64,000 nucleotides of DNA from assembly GCA_021613535.1 (NCBI GenBank), contig CP075492.1:15314001-15378000 (forward strand), given 5' to 3'. The position numbers and the translations under genes are program-made. Below are positions 26,343 through 38,041 of the stretch, piece after piece; the stretch's first letter is position 1, and each line of letters starts with the position of its first letter. The DNA comes from Adineta vaga (Eukaryota; Animalia; Rotifera). A model generated the notes under the pieces. That model had not been told where the DNA came from, did not search any database, and was given only the letters and a program-made list of their open reading frames with translations.

Positions 26343-27769
26343 GTTTCTAACAGCTGCATAAATTTCTGTTTCTTTATTTGAAAAAAAAAATACAACTAAA
26401 TCTATAGATTAACCGATTCCCAGGCAGATGGTATCACCAAATCGTTTAGAAACGATAGGCTTATTTAGTTATTGATATATTAATTGAGTAACCATATAGG
26501 AAGATCTTCCTGTAAATCCAATTCACCTAAAGCATAACAGTTGAACTTTAGGAAAGATAAGCGTTTCAAATCACGAGAATTTCTCTTCGCTCGTTTTATT
26601 TGTTCTAAATAACTATGTACTTGTACTTCAGTATATCAAGGAACAATTGCCAATTAATTTTATACTCAAATTTGAAATGCCTAATTGATGCCATATTTAT
26701 AAAGGTATTCATCTGTTCGTATGTTATTTCGTCATCAATCAGTCTTAAAATTAATGTGTCATTAATGAAATGGAGTTTAAAGAAACTAATTTTTGAAGTA
26801 TTTACTGTTGAAGCCAATTATATGGTAGACGGTAAAATTGTTCAGCAACCAATGACGTCATATTAGATGATTGTGATTCAAGCCAACGAAAATTGTCAAC
26901 CAGGATTACTTTAAATTTATAATGTTCAATCTTGGATTTTTCTATGAACGATTCGACAATATTGCTAAAAAGTAAAATGTCTGTGGTGATATTCCAGATG
27001 AGATATTTTAATGTTTTTATTTCAAATAATAGTATATATGACGAATTTTATCTCAACTAAACACTCTTAAATAGTCACTCGACAATCATAAATATTGTAA
27101 AATAAATCGACAAAATAATGTATTAAACATTGTTCAATTGTAATAAACAAGTTTTCATTTTTATCAGATAAAGTTAAGGATTTGATATGTTCAATATTCA
27201 TTGGTAACTATCAAATAAGATCGAAGTTTGTTTTCTTCGACGAAGAAGATGATTAATGCTGTAAGTTATATCGATACAGCGTCGATATAGCATGATGTAC
27301 AATCACATGTAAGAATGTAAGTTCTATCGGTTTCGCGCACTGTTTTTATACGTAACCGAAAGCATATCAACTGATAACGATGAAAAACGAGAATTTCACT
27401 ATTTTCTGACAATAGAAGAAAAATTACAATTCTTTTTGTAAAAAATACAGTGGGAGTATGAGAAAGTACAAAACTGATATACATCGACATCGTCAAGATA
27501 AAATCAAAATTTTTTATACAAATAATTGATATAATTACGGGCATATTACAATTAGAATTTGAAAAAATACAATGCTGCATATTTCTAAACAACAATTCGA
27601 TTGAAAATATAACTACATCAGCATAGTAGTCAAAGTAATTCACGGCTATCAGAATATTTAGTTTTGCAAATTAGTCGAATATGTATGAATAGATTTTATT
27701 ATGATCTTGAAAGTAAATAGAAAACGATTTTTGTCTTGATTTTGTTTGATTTTGATGTTAGCTGATCAT

Positions 27770-27985
27770 TTATTTTTTAGGTTTACATTTATCATACTGT
27801 TGTTGTGCACGATCTCGTTCCAGTTTTGCTCCGTCATGATCTCCTTGTTTTTCGCGTTTATCACCTTGACGATCATGGTAATAGCCGTGAATTGCTCCGC
27901 GAACACAACTTTCCTCTTTATATCCACCATTCCATCCCATTACTTTATCCAAGCCATCACTAAATAGCTCGATCTTTTGAGTCAT
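27770..27985 (-). CDS. Small hydrophilic hypothetical protein (71 aa)
   Basis: ATG-initiated ORF, richer in GC than its flanks, with charged composition (DRQGDKREKQGDHDGAKLERDRAQQQYDKC). No family recognised. Confidence 0.5.
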   Translation of the reverse strand: MTQKIELFSDGLDKVMGWNGGYKEESCVRGAIHGYYHDRQGDKREKQGDHDGAKLERDRAQQQYDKCKPKK

Positions 27986-28545
27986 TATTCAAAGTTGGCT
28001 TCTTCTTTTGGTCAGACATTCGATCAATATAATGTTTTCAAGAATTAATATTTTTAATATAGTTGCAAAACCAATTGGAGACTGAATAGAATAGTTGTAT
28101 ATATATATAATCGCAGAACGAAAATGACTTGGCTCTTTCCTTCTACTATTTCTTTTAGTTAAATATGAAAGATGGAAGTTGGAACTTTCCAACAAAAACT
28201 TTTGAGGTTGTTGATTTAAATATGAATGAGTAAGTGAATGAATCATTCTAAACGAACAGAAGAAGCAGATTAAAAACAAAGGAGTCCTTCCAATTATTCA
28301 CGAGAGATATAGTTAGAAGACTTTTGGAAAGAATATGCCCAATAAAGTATAGATATTCTTCAGCATAAATACGGATAACTAGTAGGAAGATAATCGTAAG
28401 ATGAAAAGAAGAATTAAATCTATATCTATCAATAATGAGTCAGGTGAATATGACGTAGATATTCTCTTCAAACGATATCCATATTCAATCTTTTTATTCC
28501 TTATTTCTGACTGGAATGTTTTTATTTGCAAATAATTCACTTCTG

Positions 28546-29137
28546 TTATTCAGTCAAAGAGTCATTATTTTCATAAAAGTTCATCGAGATACTTCCAAAA
28601 AGAGAATCTTCAAAAGCCATCAACTGTTGCAAAAAACCAGAGTTTGGTGAAATGTGTTTTCGAGCCTGAACCAATAGTTCGTAAGATTCTCGTAGATTTC
28701 TTTCTTTTTTATGCATCAAATATGCTAAAACAAAACAAGGAGATCGACTAACACCCATATGACAATGAATAAGACACGCAGAATTGGGCGTAGCCTATAG
28801 AAACAAAAATGTTAATTAAGTTTCCTGACAATGTTCTTGTAATATACTTGATCAATAAAACTAAATATCTGTTCGAATAGAGGTAAGATATCTTCCGAAG
28901 ATGAATCCTTTACGGGACATTGAAGATAAATGAAGGAATCAGGATATATATTTGGAGAATCAGTTAAGTTTACAATATATCTGAAAGATGAAAGTAGTAT
29001 CAAAATGATCTGTGACTATGAAATACTCACTTGATACCAATTTTGAGAAGTTCATCTTTGTTGCGAGTAGACGAATATGAGCCAAGAAATAGATGGGGCA
29101 AGATCTGTGAAGGAATTTCCCAATTGGTAGATGCCAT
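28546..29137 (-). CDS. Atypical dual-specificity protein phosphatase (3 exons)
   Basis: PSQILPHLFLGS...IGIK|YIVNLT...VKD...FIDQ|ATPNSACLIHCHMGVSRS (HCxxGxSRS active site), AYLM, ISPNSGFLQQL. Confidence 0.9.
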
Positions 29138-29511
29138 CAAAATGGATAAGTATATTCGTACGAAAGAATAAAATTAAGTATCTGATTAGATAAATGAAAA
29201 AAAAATTCTATAGAACAATCTTGTTTCGTCAATGGTTTTATTGTGAAGCAAGTACGAGAAGAATTTCATTTCAGCGTAACCTGGTTGTGCAATACATTCG
29301 AAAATAACAAATTACGCGAATGATTCATACTATGACGTATCCGTGAACGTGTGAGTAAAGGTGCATATCTATACATCAATTTCACTCGTACTCGGCTTTT
29401 AACAAATATCTTATAGGATTATCTAAATATAGTGTATCAGCTTGAAGAAAAGATAAATGACTTGTTTTATTCTTTACTGAAAATCTGTTTATTTCGAATA
29501 AAATACTAAGT

Positions 29512-30570
29512 TTATAAAATTTTAACTACAATTTTTCCAAATCCAACTTTTCCTTGTTTTATTTGATTGAGAGTATTTTCTACTTCTTCGAGTTTAATTA
29601 TTTTATTTATATATGGTTTTAATTTTCCATCTTCCATCTATTTTGCTCCTTAAAGTAATGTATCATGAACAAGTGTTTTTAATTGTGCTCGTTCAGCTCC
29701 TAACCAATAACGTGCCATATCGGCATGAACAACGTTTGCTTTTCGTTGAGCAACATTGTTCGCTTCTGAACTGCCTTCTTTTCCAAACCCACCAAGAACA
29801 ATCCATGAGCCACCTTCTTTTACAACTTGAGTTGATTTTTCAAAACTTGATGGAAGATAAGTTGAATCATAAACAACATTGGCACCTTGTCCTTCTGTTA
29901 ATTCAAGTACACGATCGACAATATTTTCTTTGGCATGATTGATAACATCATTAACTTTATATTGTTCTTTGAGAATCTGTATTCCATCATCTTTTGATGC
30001 TGATGTAATCACTTGTTTCGCACCACGTATTTGAGCAATTTGTACACTAAAATGACCGACACCACCTGAACCACTAGGAATAAAAACTGATGTTGTTGAA
30101 TCAATATTAACTTGACGAAGACCATCCATAGCAGATAAAAATGCAATACCAAGTGTTGCTGCATCTTCATGACTAATCGTACTAGGTTTCTTGGCTAATC
30201 CATCAACTTCTCCAACAGAATATTGTTGAAATGCTCCACCACCATTACTCGAATCGAGATTTAAAATGCCAAAAACTTCATCACCAACTTTTAAATATTG
30301 AACATCTTTTCCAACTGCAACAATTCGACCACTAACATCATAACCTGTTGTTGCTGGTAACTTAACGTTAGCAAAATTAATTGCTGCCATTTTATAATCA
30401 ACTGGATTAAGAGAAACAGCATGGTTTTCAATTAAAACTTGATTAGCACCTAATTCTGATGATTTGATTACTGATGCTGATGTTGTCCATTGAAATGCAT
30501 TTGTATCACTTACTCTAACCCACTGTAAGGCTGATTGAATTGTTGGTAAATTTTGTTGAACAGATGCCAT
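29512..30570 (-). pseudogene. MDR-superfamily NADPH quinone/enoyl oxidoreductase with two in-frame stops near the C-terminus
   Basis: AVSLNPVDYK, GYDVSGRIVAVG, GSGGVG. The frame continues after TAA and TAG as MEDGKLKPYINK...GKIVVKIL*. Intronless. Confidence 0.8.
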
Positions 30571-32289
30571 GTTATTCAAAAGAATTTTATCGAAAAATTT
30601 ACTCGTATTATTTTATATGTTATAAATAGATGTGTAATGATGGCAATGCAAAATAGAAATAGAAAAACATTAGGTAGACAGTAAGTCCGTCCATGTTTTT
30701 TATATGTTGATTCATAAGGAAAGAAAAGAGAGAAAAGCATGAAATACCATTATGTTATTTATAGTTATTATTGTTGCATAGAAGATATCATGGTATTTAG
30801 TTGAGTCAATCTAAAAAAAGCATTTTCAACTATTAAGTTAGTCGCCGTTTATCAATGGTTTATTTTATTTTATTTTGAATATTAGTCTTCAAGTATTAAC
30901 GCATATTTTGTCTATGTGACAAATGTCGCGTATTGTAGAAGTCTCGAACCGCCTCGTCTGTATTTACTATTCATTACATACATCATCGATTTGGATTAGA
31001 CATCGATTGTACTTTAGATATCACTTGACAACTTCCATTTCTTTCTTTAAAATTATGATTTAAACTGGTTAACAATAGTGCATCTCTCTATTGCATGTAT
31101 ATTCATGGTCATATAGCTTCGCGATCTCCATGACACTTCTGTGCATTGTCAGATAAATGAGCACTGTTGTCTATAATAAATATATTTGCGGATGCGGGTA
31201 ACATATTTACACCCCATTTCGTCCTCATTCTCATGTCTGCTAAAAAAATACCGATCAAATATATCAACTGCACGAGGTATGCGACTATTGTTTCTTTTCT
31301 TCTTCTACACCATATGCATGCACAAACACGTGTGTCGTACTCTTGTACAACATGGGAGATAAATTATGAATGATTTGTATAGGGCACTAACCATGTTTTT
31401 CTCCGTTCTCTTTGTTGTTTATCGAAAAATACCAACCAAACATATTGACAAAGAAGCAAATTTGTTGACTTCTAGTGGGAAAAAACCATCAGTGAATAGG
31501 AAAATGTCGTGTATAAAAGACAGAGATTTGATCAAGATATTATTAAGTGATACTCGACATAGAAACCAATACAATATCCTTCGATATACTTTCAACTTTT
31601 GCTGTTTTACTTATTGCAATGTAGTGAATAACTGTGAACAAGTTAATCAACGACATATATCAATAAAAAATGTGTAGTAAAAAACAATAAAAGGTTCATT
31701 TCTATTTACGCATTGTATCATACAATGATTTGTATTGAATTAGATACAGATTAATCTATTTTTCTTTGATCTATTTTCAATATTATATGTCTACTTTTCC
31801 TATAATTCTAATCAGTCACTATAGCATGTTGTATTTTTCCTTCTTGCTATTCATTCTGACTTTATCTATTAATTTTATCCTTTTCTCCTTACTGGATATA
31901 TTATATTTTGTCCTTGTTAAGGCTCCGCATGGGATGGATATGGGATGCTGTAAGCTGACGTCTGCAGGCAAAAATTCAGGAGCATTGGTCGAATTCATCT
32001 AGTTGTACGGTAGTTTTCATTTAGAACCCTAAACCTACAATGCGTATATGCATCTGACTCATATATGTTGTCCTTCTTATCTTTATGATTGATTATAGAT
32101 AAGAAGAAAGAAACGAAATAGAAGTAAATCGCATGTACACACAGTTATTCTATAAAAATTTCTTAGTCTGTTTAATCTTCTTTCCTTTGTATGACGCGTT
32201 TTGTAAATGATAAGTTATCGGTTATTTCCATAGTATATGGTGAGAAAAATCCAAGAATAGTTTTTTTCCCACTAAATGACTAGCTCCAC

Positions 32290-32417
32290 TATAAAAAAAG
32301 GTGAATGAAGTGATAGTTTACTAATAAATTATTACTAACGGTAAGGATTCACCACGGGAGCAAAATATCCAAGATTCTTGCTCATTTTGATAAGTACGAA
32401 TAAACTTCTTGTTTCAG
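32290..32417 (+). promoter_or_regulatory. TATA box and putative 5'-UTR intron of the toxin gene
   Basis: TATAAAA at 32290. Candidate donor GTAAGG at 32341 and pyrimidine tract TTCTTGTTTCAG ending 32417, 19 nt before the ATG. Confidence 0.5.
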
Positions 32418-32436
32418 ATTTCTATTAGCAACAATT

Positions 32437-32676
32437 ATGAGCAACCCATCGAAGGGAGTCCCGGTACCTGGTCAGAGTCCTATATGGACAGAATTGAAAC
32501 ATTATCGAGGCCAGATAAAATCCAACGACAAAGTCGATAAATTTTATGAATGGGATTATACACATGGCGACATTGAAGTATACAATAAACGAGGTGAACA
32601 CTTAGGTACTATGGATGGCAATACTGGTGATATGACCAAAAAAGCTGTCAAAGGTCGTAAAAAGAACTTTGACTGA
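32437..32676 (+). CDS. Stand-alone colicin E3/CdiA-CT-like ribosomal RNase toxin domain (79 aa)
   Basis: YEWDYTHGDIEVY..RGEHLGTMDGNTG...KGRK aligns with colicin E3 YEWDSQHGELEGY...GQHLGSFDPKTG...KR. The D/H/E catalytic positions are retained. AATAAA at 32714. Confidence 0.88.
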   Translation: MSNPSKGVPVPGQSPIWTELKHYRGQIKSNDKVDKFYEWDYTHGDIEVYNKRGEHLGTMDGNTGDMTKKAVKGRKKNFD

Positions 32677-32772
32677 GCCGATATAGTGTTCACTTATATA
32701 TACTCGATTTACAAATAAAATAAAATAAAAATTATGTTCGATTTACGCTCGTTTCAATTATTGAGCTGATGG

Positions 32773-32839
32773 AAATTAGGGTGTGCGTAAGAATAGTATA
32801 TTTACAGATCAATCCCACCGACACTTTCATCCTTAATTT
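32773..32839. repeat. Telomere-like hairpin element between convergent genes
   Basis: AAATTAGGGTGTG...CCCACCGACACTTTCATCCTTAATTT. Confidence 0.45.
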
Positions 32840-32853
32840 ATTGCGATCGATAG

Positions 32854-35800
32854 TTAAATAAAAGAATCGTCGTCAATCTTGATTTCAGTTGGTATGAATT
32901 GTAGATGACTTAAATTTTCTATCGGAGGTGTTAATTGCATCGAGTGACGGCGAGGAGTAAATTCAATTGTTTCACCTGAATAACGTGGATATAAAACATC
33001 AGGCGAACTCATTTCAGTTCGAAGTGAAGGAGTACGTTCGCTATTGTGAATCGTAAGATAATTTATTTCATCTTCTTTTGTCCATGTAAATACAATACAA
33101 GATAGGTTTAAGCGATAAGAAGCCGATGACTCAAGTGATATGAACGATGGTGAAGTAATATTGATGTCTTTATCATCCAAAATATGTACAAGTGTTCCAG
33201 CAAGAAGAAATAATCTATCATTCGTTCTTAAATTGACAATCATTTCCGATTTGTGTTTCAATAATATTGCTTTTTCATATAAGAGTAATTTCATTTGAGA
33301 ATGATTTTCTTTTAATTCTAGCTGATATTTATTAATCAGCATTTGAAGAGTAATTTCTATGTAAATTTCATAACACATCGTCTCATCAGCTAACCAAGTA
33401 TCCAACAAATCTGTATCGATAACAAATGCTTCTACAAGTCCACTACTAACAGTACATGTGTTTTGAAATTGAGAGATTTCTATCCGAGAAAATAATGTAT
33501 CGATACCGACAATATTACCATTCATATAATAGATTGGTATCTGATCAATTTTACATTCAATAATACCACGAATGATAAGATATGCAGTTGAAACTGGTTG
33601 ATTCTCTTCTAATAAAATCGTATCTGGTTGAAACCATCGATGTTTGCTTTTCATGATAGATTTCCAATGGAGTTTATCAGTTTGAGAAAGTGTTTTAAAA
33701 ATTGATAATAAATCAAATGGATCTTCGATAATTTTCTTTTGATCTACAGATAATTGAATCGTACCATATTCTAAATTGAATATTTTATTTTCGATAAATT
33801 TACGAATATGTGTATATTCATTATCATCAAGTATTCCCGTTTCAAACAGATGAATAATAGCAACTGATTGTGTTTAAGAAGCATTTGTGCACATCGTTTT
33901 GTCATTTGAGCAGTCCAACAAAGTTGATATGATCGTCGTAAATCATGAAGAACACGTGCAGCATGAAGTTGAAATTTCTTTGATTCTTGACAAACTTCGT
34001 TCATTATTTGTTCATCGATTGTAGCTAATTCCGGAAATAAAAATAAAATATTATCGATTCGAGTTTTAGCTGAATGAAACGCAAGTGTTAATTCAATAGT
34101 TAAAAGTATATGATCGAATAAGAGTTTATTTGTCCATTGATTGATAAAATCAAAACAATTCAATCGCATTGAATTTAATACTACCGATGATAATTGAAAA
34201 TGTTCAATAAGAAGTTGCCAATGTAATTGAAATGAACGTTTTTGTTTTGCTTGTTCAACTGATTTAATAAGAATATCAAGTGTTCGTCGGTGAAGCATAC
34301 CAAGATACCATTGTTTTTCATAATCGATTGACATAGCTGTTAAAAATCGAATGACAAGTTCATTTCGAATATTTTGTTGACGTTCATTATTGATATTATT
34401 TATTGAAATTGTTTCAAATTGTTGATCGATATTTGTATTCAATGGTTGAGAAGATTCTTCCGTTAAAATATTTATTTCTTGATCAATAATAAGATCTCTT
34501 TCATCATTTAATTCCTTTAATAATCTCTTTGGTAAATATTCATCAAGTACCTTCCAATCAACTTCAGCAAATTTTTCATCTTGTTTCATTTGTAATAATC
34601 GAGAAAATGTATCTCGTTGCATGTGTTCAAGAGCTTGTGATAGAACTATTTGGCTTTCTTTTGCTCCTAAAATAGTTCATATAAAACATAGAATTAACAA
34701 GTATATGTTACATACCTTGTTTTAAACCAAGAAAATGAACAAAAAATTTGCTTGTAGTTCCATTAATGATTAAAGTAAGAAGTGCAATCATAGATACATG
34801 AAATAAAAAATGATGTCGTGTTACACTATCAATTCTTGTATCTAAATCAACCATTAATACTAAAATAAGTGCCATACTACCTCGTAAACCACTCCATATA
34901 AGAACAAGACCATCTTTCCATGATATATGTACACCACTTCGACGAATTAATGGATAAAGAAGAATAACTGTCAATGCACGTCCAATATGAATAACAACAT
35001 ACAAAAGAATTGAAAATATAAAATCTTGTGCAATAATAGTCGTTGCTGTATTAACTAATGATTTAGCTAAGATAATACCGGTCACAGTAAAAATCATAAT
35101 ATTAATCAAATAAGTAGCCATTCGCCAAGTACTAACCAATGAAATTTGTACATTACTACTGATACAATATTTATGTTTGGCCATATACAAACCCATTGTA
35201 ACAAGTGCAAGAACAGCAGAAACACCTAATTCAACATCAGCAATAAAAAAAATGAGATAAGATATAGCAAATGTAAATGAAATTTCAATTTCAAGTTCAT
35301 TATTGATTCGATTGAGAATCATAACACAAATAAAACCGGAAATAAGACCAAATACAGGTCCACCTGAAATATAATAATATAAATAGAAAGAATTAGAAAA
35401 TTATTTAATTCAATACCAATACTAAATTTAACAATATCCGTTGTAATTAATCTTGCGTTATATGTTTCACCAACAAAAATTTTTTTAAAAATCAAAAAAA
35501 TAACAAATGCAGAACCATCATTTAATAATGATTCGAAATCAATCAATGAAGCCAATGATTTACTTGCACCGGAATCATGTAATAATGCAACAACAGCAAT
35601 TGGATCTGTTGCACAAAGGATACTACCGAATAAAAGGCCAGTTAACCATGACCATTGATATGGAAATACGTAAACACTAAAAATGGCAATAATAACAGTA
35701 GAAATTAATACACCCGGACCAGCTAAAAGAATGGCTGATAATAGTTGATGTTTAACTAGATAAAAATGACCATTAAATGATGAATCAAAGATTAGTAGAG

Positions 35801-36077
35801 GTAAAAAAATATAATAAATAAGATGAGGATGAATTTCACTCAGTTCAATTTCTCCACGTTGAAAATTATTGGTAATGTTTTTTGAGTGTGTTACAATTAA
35901 ACCAATAATAAAACTGAGAATAAGAATGGTAACTGTAAAAGGAATTGGAATTTTATTTTTTAAAATTTTTGAAAGTATAATTTTGCTCAAACATGCTGCT
36001 AATACGGAAAACGATAAGAATAAAATAACAACACCAATATTTTTTTCTGTATGTTCGTCGACACTCGTCGTATTCAT
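32854..36077 (-). CDS. CPA1 Na+/H+ exchanger of SOS1/SLC9C type with C-terminal cyclic-nucleotide-binding-like domain (3 exons; frameshift ~33869)
   Basis: FLPLLIFDSS, ATDPIAVV, ESLLNDGS, WSGLRGS, INGTT. Introns ~35365-35419 and ~34668-34714. A helical cytosolic region is followed by CNBD-like YLIIRGIIEC...GNIVG. Confidence 0.85.
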
Positions 36078-36463
36078 ATCGATGCGAAGAACTTATGGTG
36101 ATCAAATATTATGAGGTAAATACTGGTTAACAAAAACGTATCCTTGTTATACGTTTATTATATTCAGTGCGATGATGCATGACACAATTGGATGTTATAT
36201 GTACGTGATGACGTCTTATAATGACTATGGGTGAGTGTAAAAAAATTTTTTCTGTTCTTTTTCTTTTGTTTCATGCTTTATGTATTGATACCTGTTGAAT
36301 CCTGTTAACAAGAGCATATTGTGAGGGACTATCACGATTTACTTTTATCCACAATCTAAAGTTGTATCCATATAAACTCATATTTGTATTATCGAAAACG
36401 AGAGACTTAAACAGACTATAAGAGTTTCACACTCTAAAGAGTAAGAGATGAAAAGTATAAGTT

Positions 36464-37100
36464 TTAAGCATTGTCAGTAGTACTGTGCTCAGATAAATGA
36501 TCAGTACATCTAATAATGATAAATTCAGTTGGATATAATAGTTCCCGAACTGCAGCTAAACTTTTTAAATGCTCAGGATGCATTGTTTGCAATACTTTCG
36601 GATTGAGAGCAAAACAAATAAATATCATACGAACACATGACTTGAGCATTGCACTCACAATTAAGCTGAATAACAAACTGATTAAAAGACTTATGGAACT
36701 CGAAATTAAAATAACAGCGGTTTACGTCGTCTTATGACAAATATTCTTTGAATGTATGTTCCATAATAAAAACAATTATCCATAAAATAACAGTTGAGAT
36801 GATGACTTCTATCAAATTAATTATGCACAAACATAGACCTATAAGAGTGTCGTTGACAATTATATCCCACCCATTTGCTTCCACTAACTGAATGGTAGTT
36901 TGACTGGTCTGATCAAATGGTTGACTTTTGGTAAATGCTTCGCATTCAACATATTTCTGTTTTCCATCCTATATCGTGCATCTAGAAGCATATTCGAAAA
37001 TTGTGGACATAAACAGATTGCTTGTAAAGAAGTAGAAAATACCACAACCACACCTTCAAGATATATTTTATTGTTAAATGACTAATAGTAAAAGAATTTT
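36464..37100 (-). pseudogene. Degenerate choline-transporter-like (CTL/SLC44/Pns1) fragment
   Basis: QLVEANGWDIIVNDTLIG and SCVRMIFICFALNP..LQTMHPE resemble CTL/Pns1 C-terminal motifs. Stops are present. Confidence 0.45.
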
Positions 37101-38041
37101 GACTTTTAAAATCACTAATATTTCTGCTACTGTTTAGTTAACAATCCTGTGATGCATACGAAGAGAGAGTAAAAGTTAAAAAAAAGCACATTTTAATTTT
37201 TAGGTGATTGCTTATGATTATTCGATCCAACACAAACTGCACAGTCAAATCGTCTATAAACGAGATGTTCGTTGAATTTGATAGCTTCATTGATTGACGG
37301 TGTGGATGTTGCTCTTGCAATTTCTCATACCTACCTTCACATCCTCAAAACGTGTTTTCTTCAAATATGAAGCACAACAGAGATTTTATTAAACATAGAG
37401 GCACCTGGTTACTTCGGATGGCAATGAAATGTATATTGTTTTTTCAACCAAAACTTTCAAATAATTATAAACATTTTCTCTCTTTGGTGTATTAATAGCT
37501 ATATTTGACTTCATTACTGAACTCTGAAAAAATAGATGAAACCGATCAGTAAGAAGTTAGTAATATCTTCGGATTTAGTAAATGATTAACTGAAAATTCT
37601 ATCTTAACCAAACCAATGGTGAAATCTATCAATTGATCTCAACAAGACGTTCTTTTGTTAGTGCAAAACCAAAGTAATTTAAATAACACATCCGATATTT
37701 TTTTTTCAGTTCTATTTCTTCCATAAAAACCATTTTCTTTATATTTTTTCATCGTTATTCTATCCGATCTAGAAAAAAAACTTTTTCTTTTCTGTTGAAA
37801 ACTGTTTTATGAAGCGGTTATAGTTGTTTCATTTTTTCCTGCTATTTCATCAAGGTAATCTAATCGATTATTCTAGTGCGAGTCTCGAAGTGAGCTATTG
37901 CAATTCATTAGAAAGTTAGTTTTCAGTTTTGTGAAATAAGGTACTGCGCATTGACGTCATGGCTTTTAAATCAAATAAAAAAAAATATCGTTAGCAATTC
38001 ACCCAGAAAAAGAATCTTTCTTTTTGTTGCTGTTTATATCC

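Noticed and set aside
26400-27200. Possible decayed F-box/LRR-type gene on the minus strand
   Set aside because: Only vague Leu-rich fragments with many stops; cannot support a call.
29630-29655. Stop-codon reassignment (TAA/TAG read as sense)
   Set aside because: TAA and TAG terminate many other genes in the window and do not occur inside intact ORFs.
30900-32250. Short ORFs upstream of the toxin gene as partner genes
   Set aside because: Low-complexity AT-rich translations with no motifs or consistent splice pattern.
32677-32853. Immunity gene downstream of the colicin-like toxin
   Set aside because: Only ~175 bp of AT-rich UTR and a hairpin precede the convergent exchanger gene; no suitable ORF.
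35319-35420. Apparent frameshift between ORFs 35319-36077 and 34708-35322
   Set aside because: Resolved by a normal phase-1 intron (~35365-35419).
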